This document shows, one piece after another, positions 63,269 to 64,000 of a stretch of 64,000 nucleotides of DNA. The first letter of the stretch is position 1, and each line of letters starts with the position of its first letter. The stretch covers positions 1 to 64,000 of the forward strand of contig JAYFMW010000015.1 of NCBI GenBank assembly GCA_042408215.1, in the 5' to 3' direction. The translations under genes and the position numbers were made by a program. The DNA comes from Microcoleus sp. (GTDB lineage: Bacteria; Cyanobacteriota; Cyanobacteriia; Cyanobacteriales; Microcoleaceae). Under the pieces are notes generated by a model. That model saw nothing but the letters and a program-made list of their open reading frames with translations. It was not told where the DNA came from and made no database searches.

Positions 63269-64000
63269 CACCACGGCAATTGGCTGATTGTGGCAGTTGT
63301 ACCCGAAACCGACTTCACGGGCAAAGTTCAGGCCAATACTCGCAACACTATTTTGCTCGTGCTGCTGGCTTTGGTTCTTTCTATCTGCCTTTTGCTGTCT
63401 ATTTCCCTAAGAATAGAACAGCGGCTGCTGCGGTTAATTTCGGCAACAGAGGCGATAGCTGGTGGCGACTTCGACTCAACAGTTTCAGGTAGCGGCGTTG
63501 CCGAACTCGAAGCCCTAGCCTGTGCTTTCGAGCGCATGAATTGCCAGTTAAAAGCATCTCGCCAGCGGTTAAAAGAATATTCAGGCGATTTAAAGCGGCA
63601 AGTTGCACAGAAAACGAAGGAACTAAAGCAAGCTAAAATTGCAGCCGAAAGTGCCAATCGCGCTAAAAGTACCTTTCTGGCCAATATGAGCCACGAATTG
63701 AGAACGCCTCTGAATGCGATTATCGGCTTTGCTCACCTCCTTGTGCACTCTAAAAAAACTGCACCGGAACAGCAGTCGAGTTTAGATATTATCAATCGCA
63801 GTGGCGAGCATTTGTTGAAACTAATCAACGATATTTTGTCGCTGTCTAAGATTGAAGCCGGTCAAATTACCCTCGAATCAAATGCTTTTGATTTGTACGG
63901 TTTGCTCTCGGACATCGAAGGGATGTTCCAACTCAAAACTCAATCTAAAGGGTTGCAACTTGTTTTTGAACGCAGTTCAGATGTACCGCAATACGTCCGA
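63269..64000 (+). CDS. TM - HAMP - HisKA sensor histidine kinase, apparently 5'-truncated; runs off the window
   Basis: My translation: [23 protein letters not shown]...[26 protein letters not shown]...[14 protein letters not shown]; in-frame TGA at 63266-63268. Confidence 0.85.

Noticed and set aside
63178..63684. Tracked ORFs 63178-63492, 63328-63684 and 63399-63608
   Set aside because: Shadow frames of the histidine kinase, which the track missed because it has no stop within the window

Overview
Cyanobacterial DNA: frequent HIP1 GCGATCGC, and the 16S resembles Microcoleus/Oscillatoriales by my recollection. A complete rRNA operon (16S, tRNA-Ile, tRNA-Ala, 23S, 5S; about 0.9-6.0 kb) is followed by about 57 kb of accessory DNA with no core housekeeping genes. 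That stretch has a tyrosine recombinase at the left and mobC/relaxase, Fic and a dynamin-like operon at the right. The main feature is a 15-kb minus-strand, NRPS/PKS-free biosynthetic operon (13.8-28.8 kb). In transcription order it encodes a frameshifted ThiO/DAO-like oxidase, a ferritin-like protein, a LodA/GoxA-type oxidase with its LodB partner, two Fe/2-oxoglutarate enzymes with the halogenase H-Q-A motif, a GntB-like desaturase-fold hydroxylase, an amidinotransferase, a deleted third halogenase copy, a GntC-like PLP enzyme, a GNAT and an LLM monooxygenase. I infer a halogenated cyclic-guanidine metabolite that shares early steps with guanitoxin but is not guanitoxin. Other notable parts are a ProVWX transporter, an AAA_35/WD40 module, a TnpB element plus an ORF-less IS605-type mini-element, a secreted MIO-less ammonia-lyase, a pseudo-cyclase-globin next to a cNMP-domain MscS, two PstS-like proteins with altered phosphate ligands, several MITEs and several pseudogenes. 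Family assignments come from motif recognition and recollection, not from database searches.
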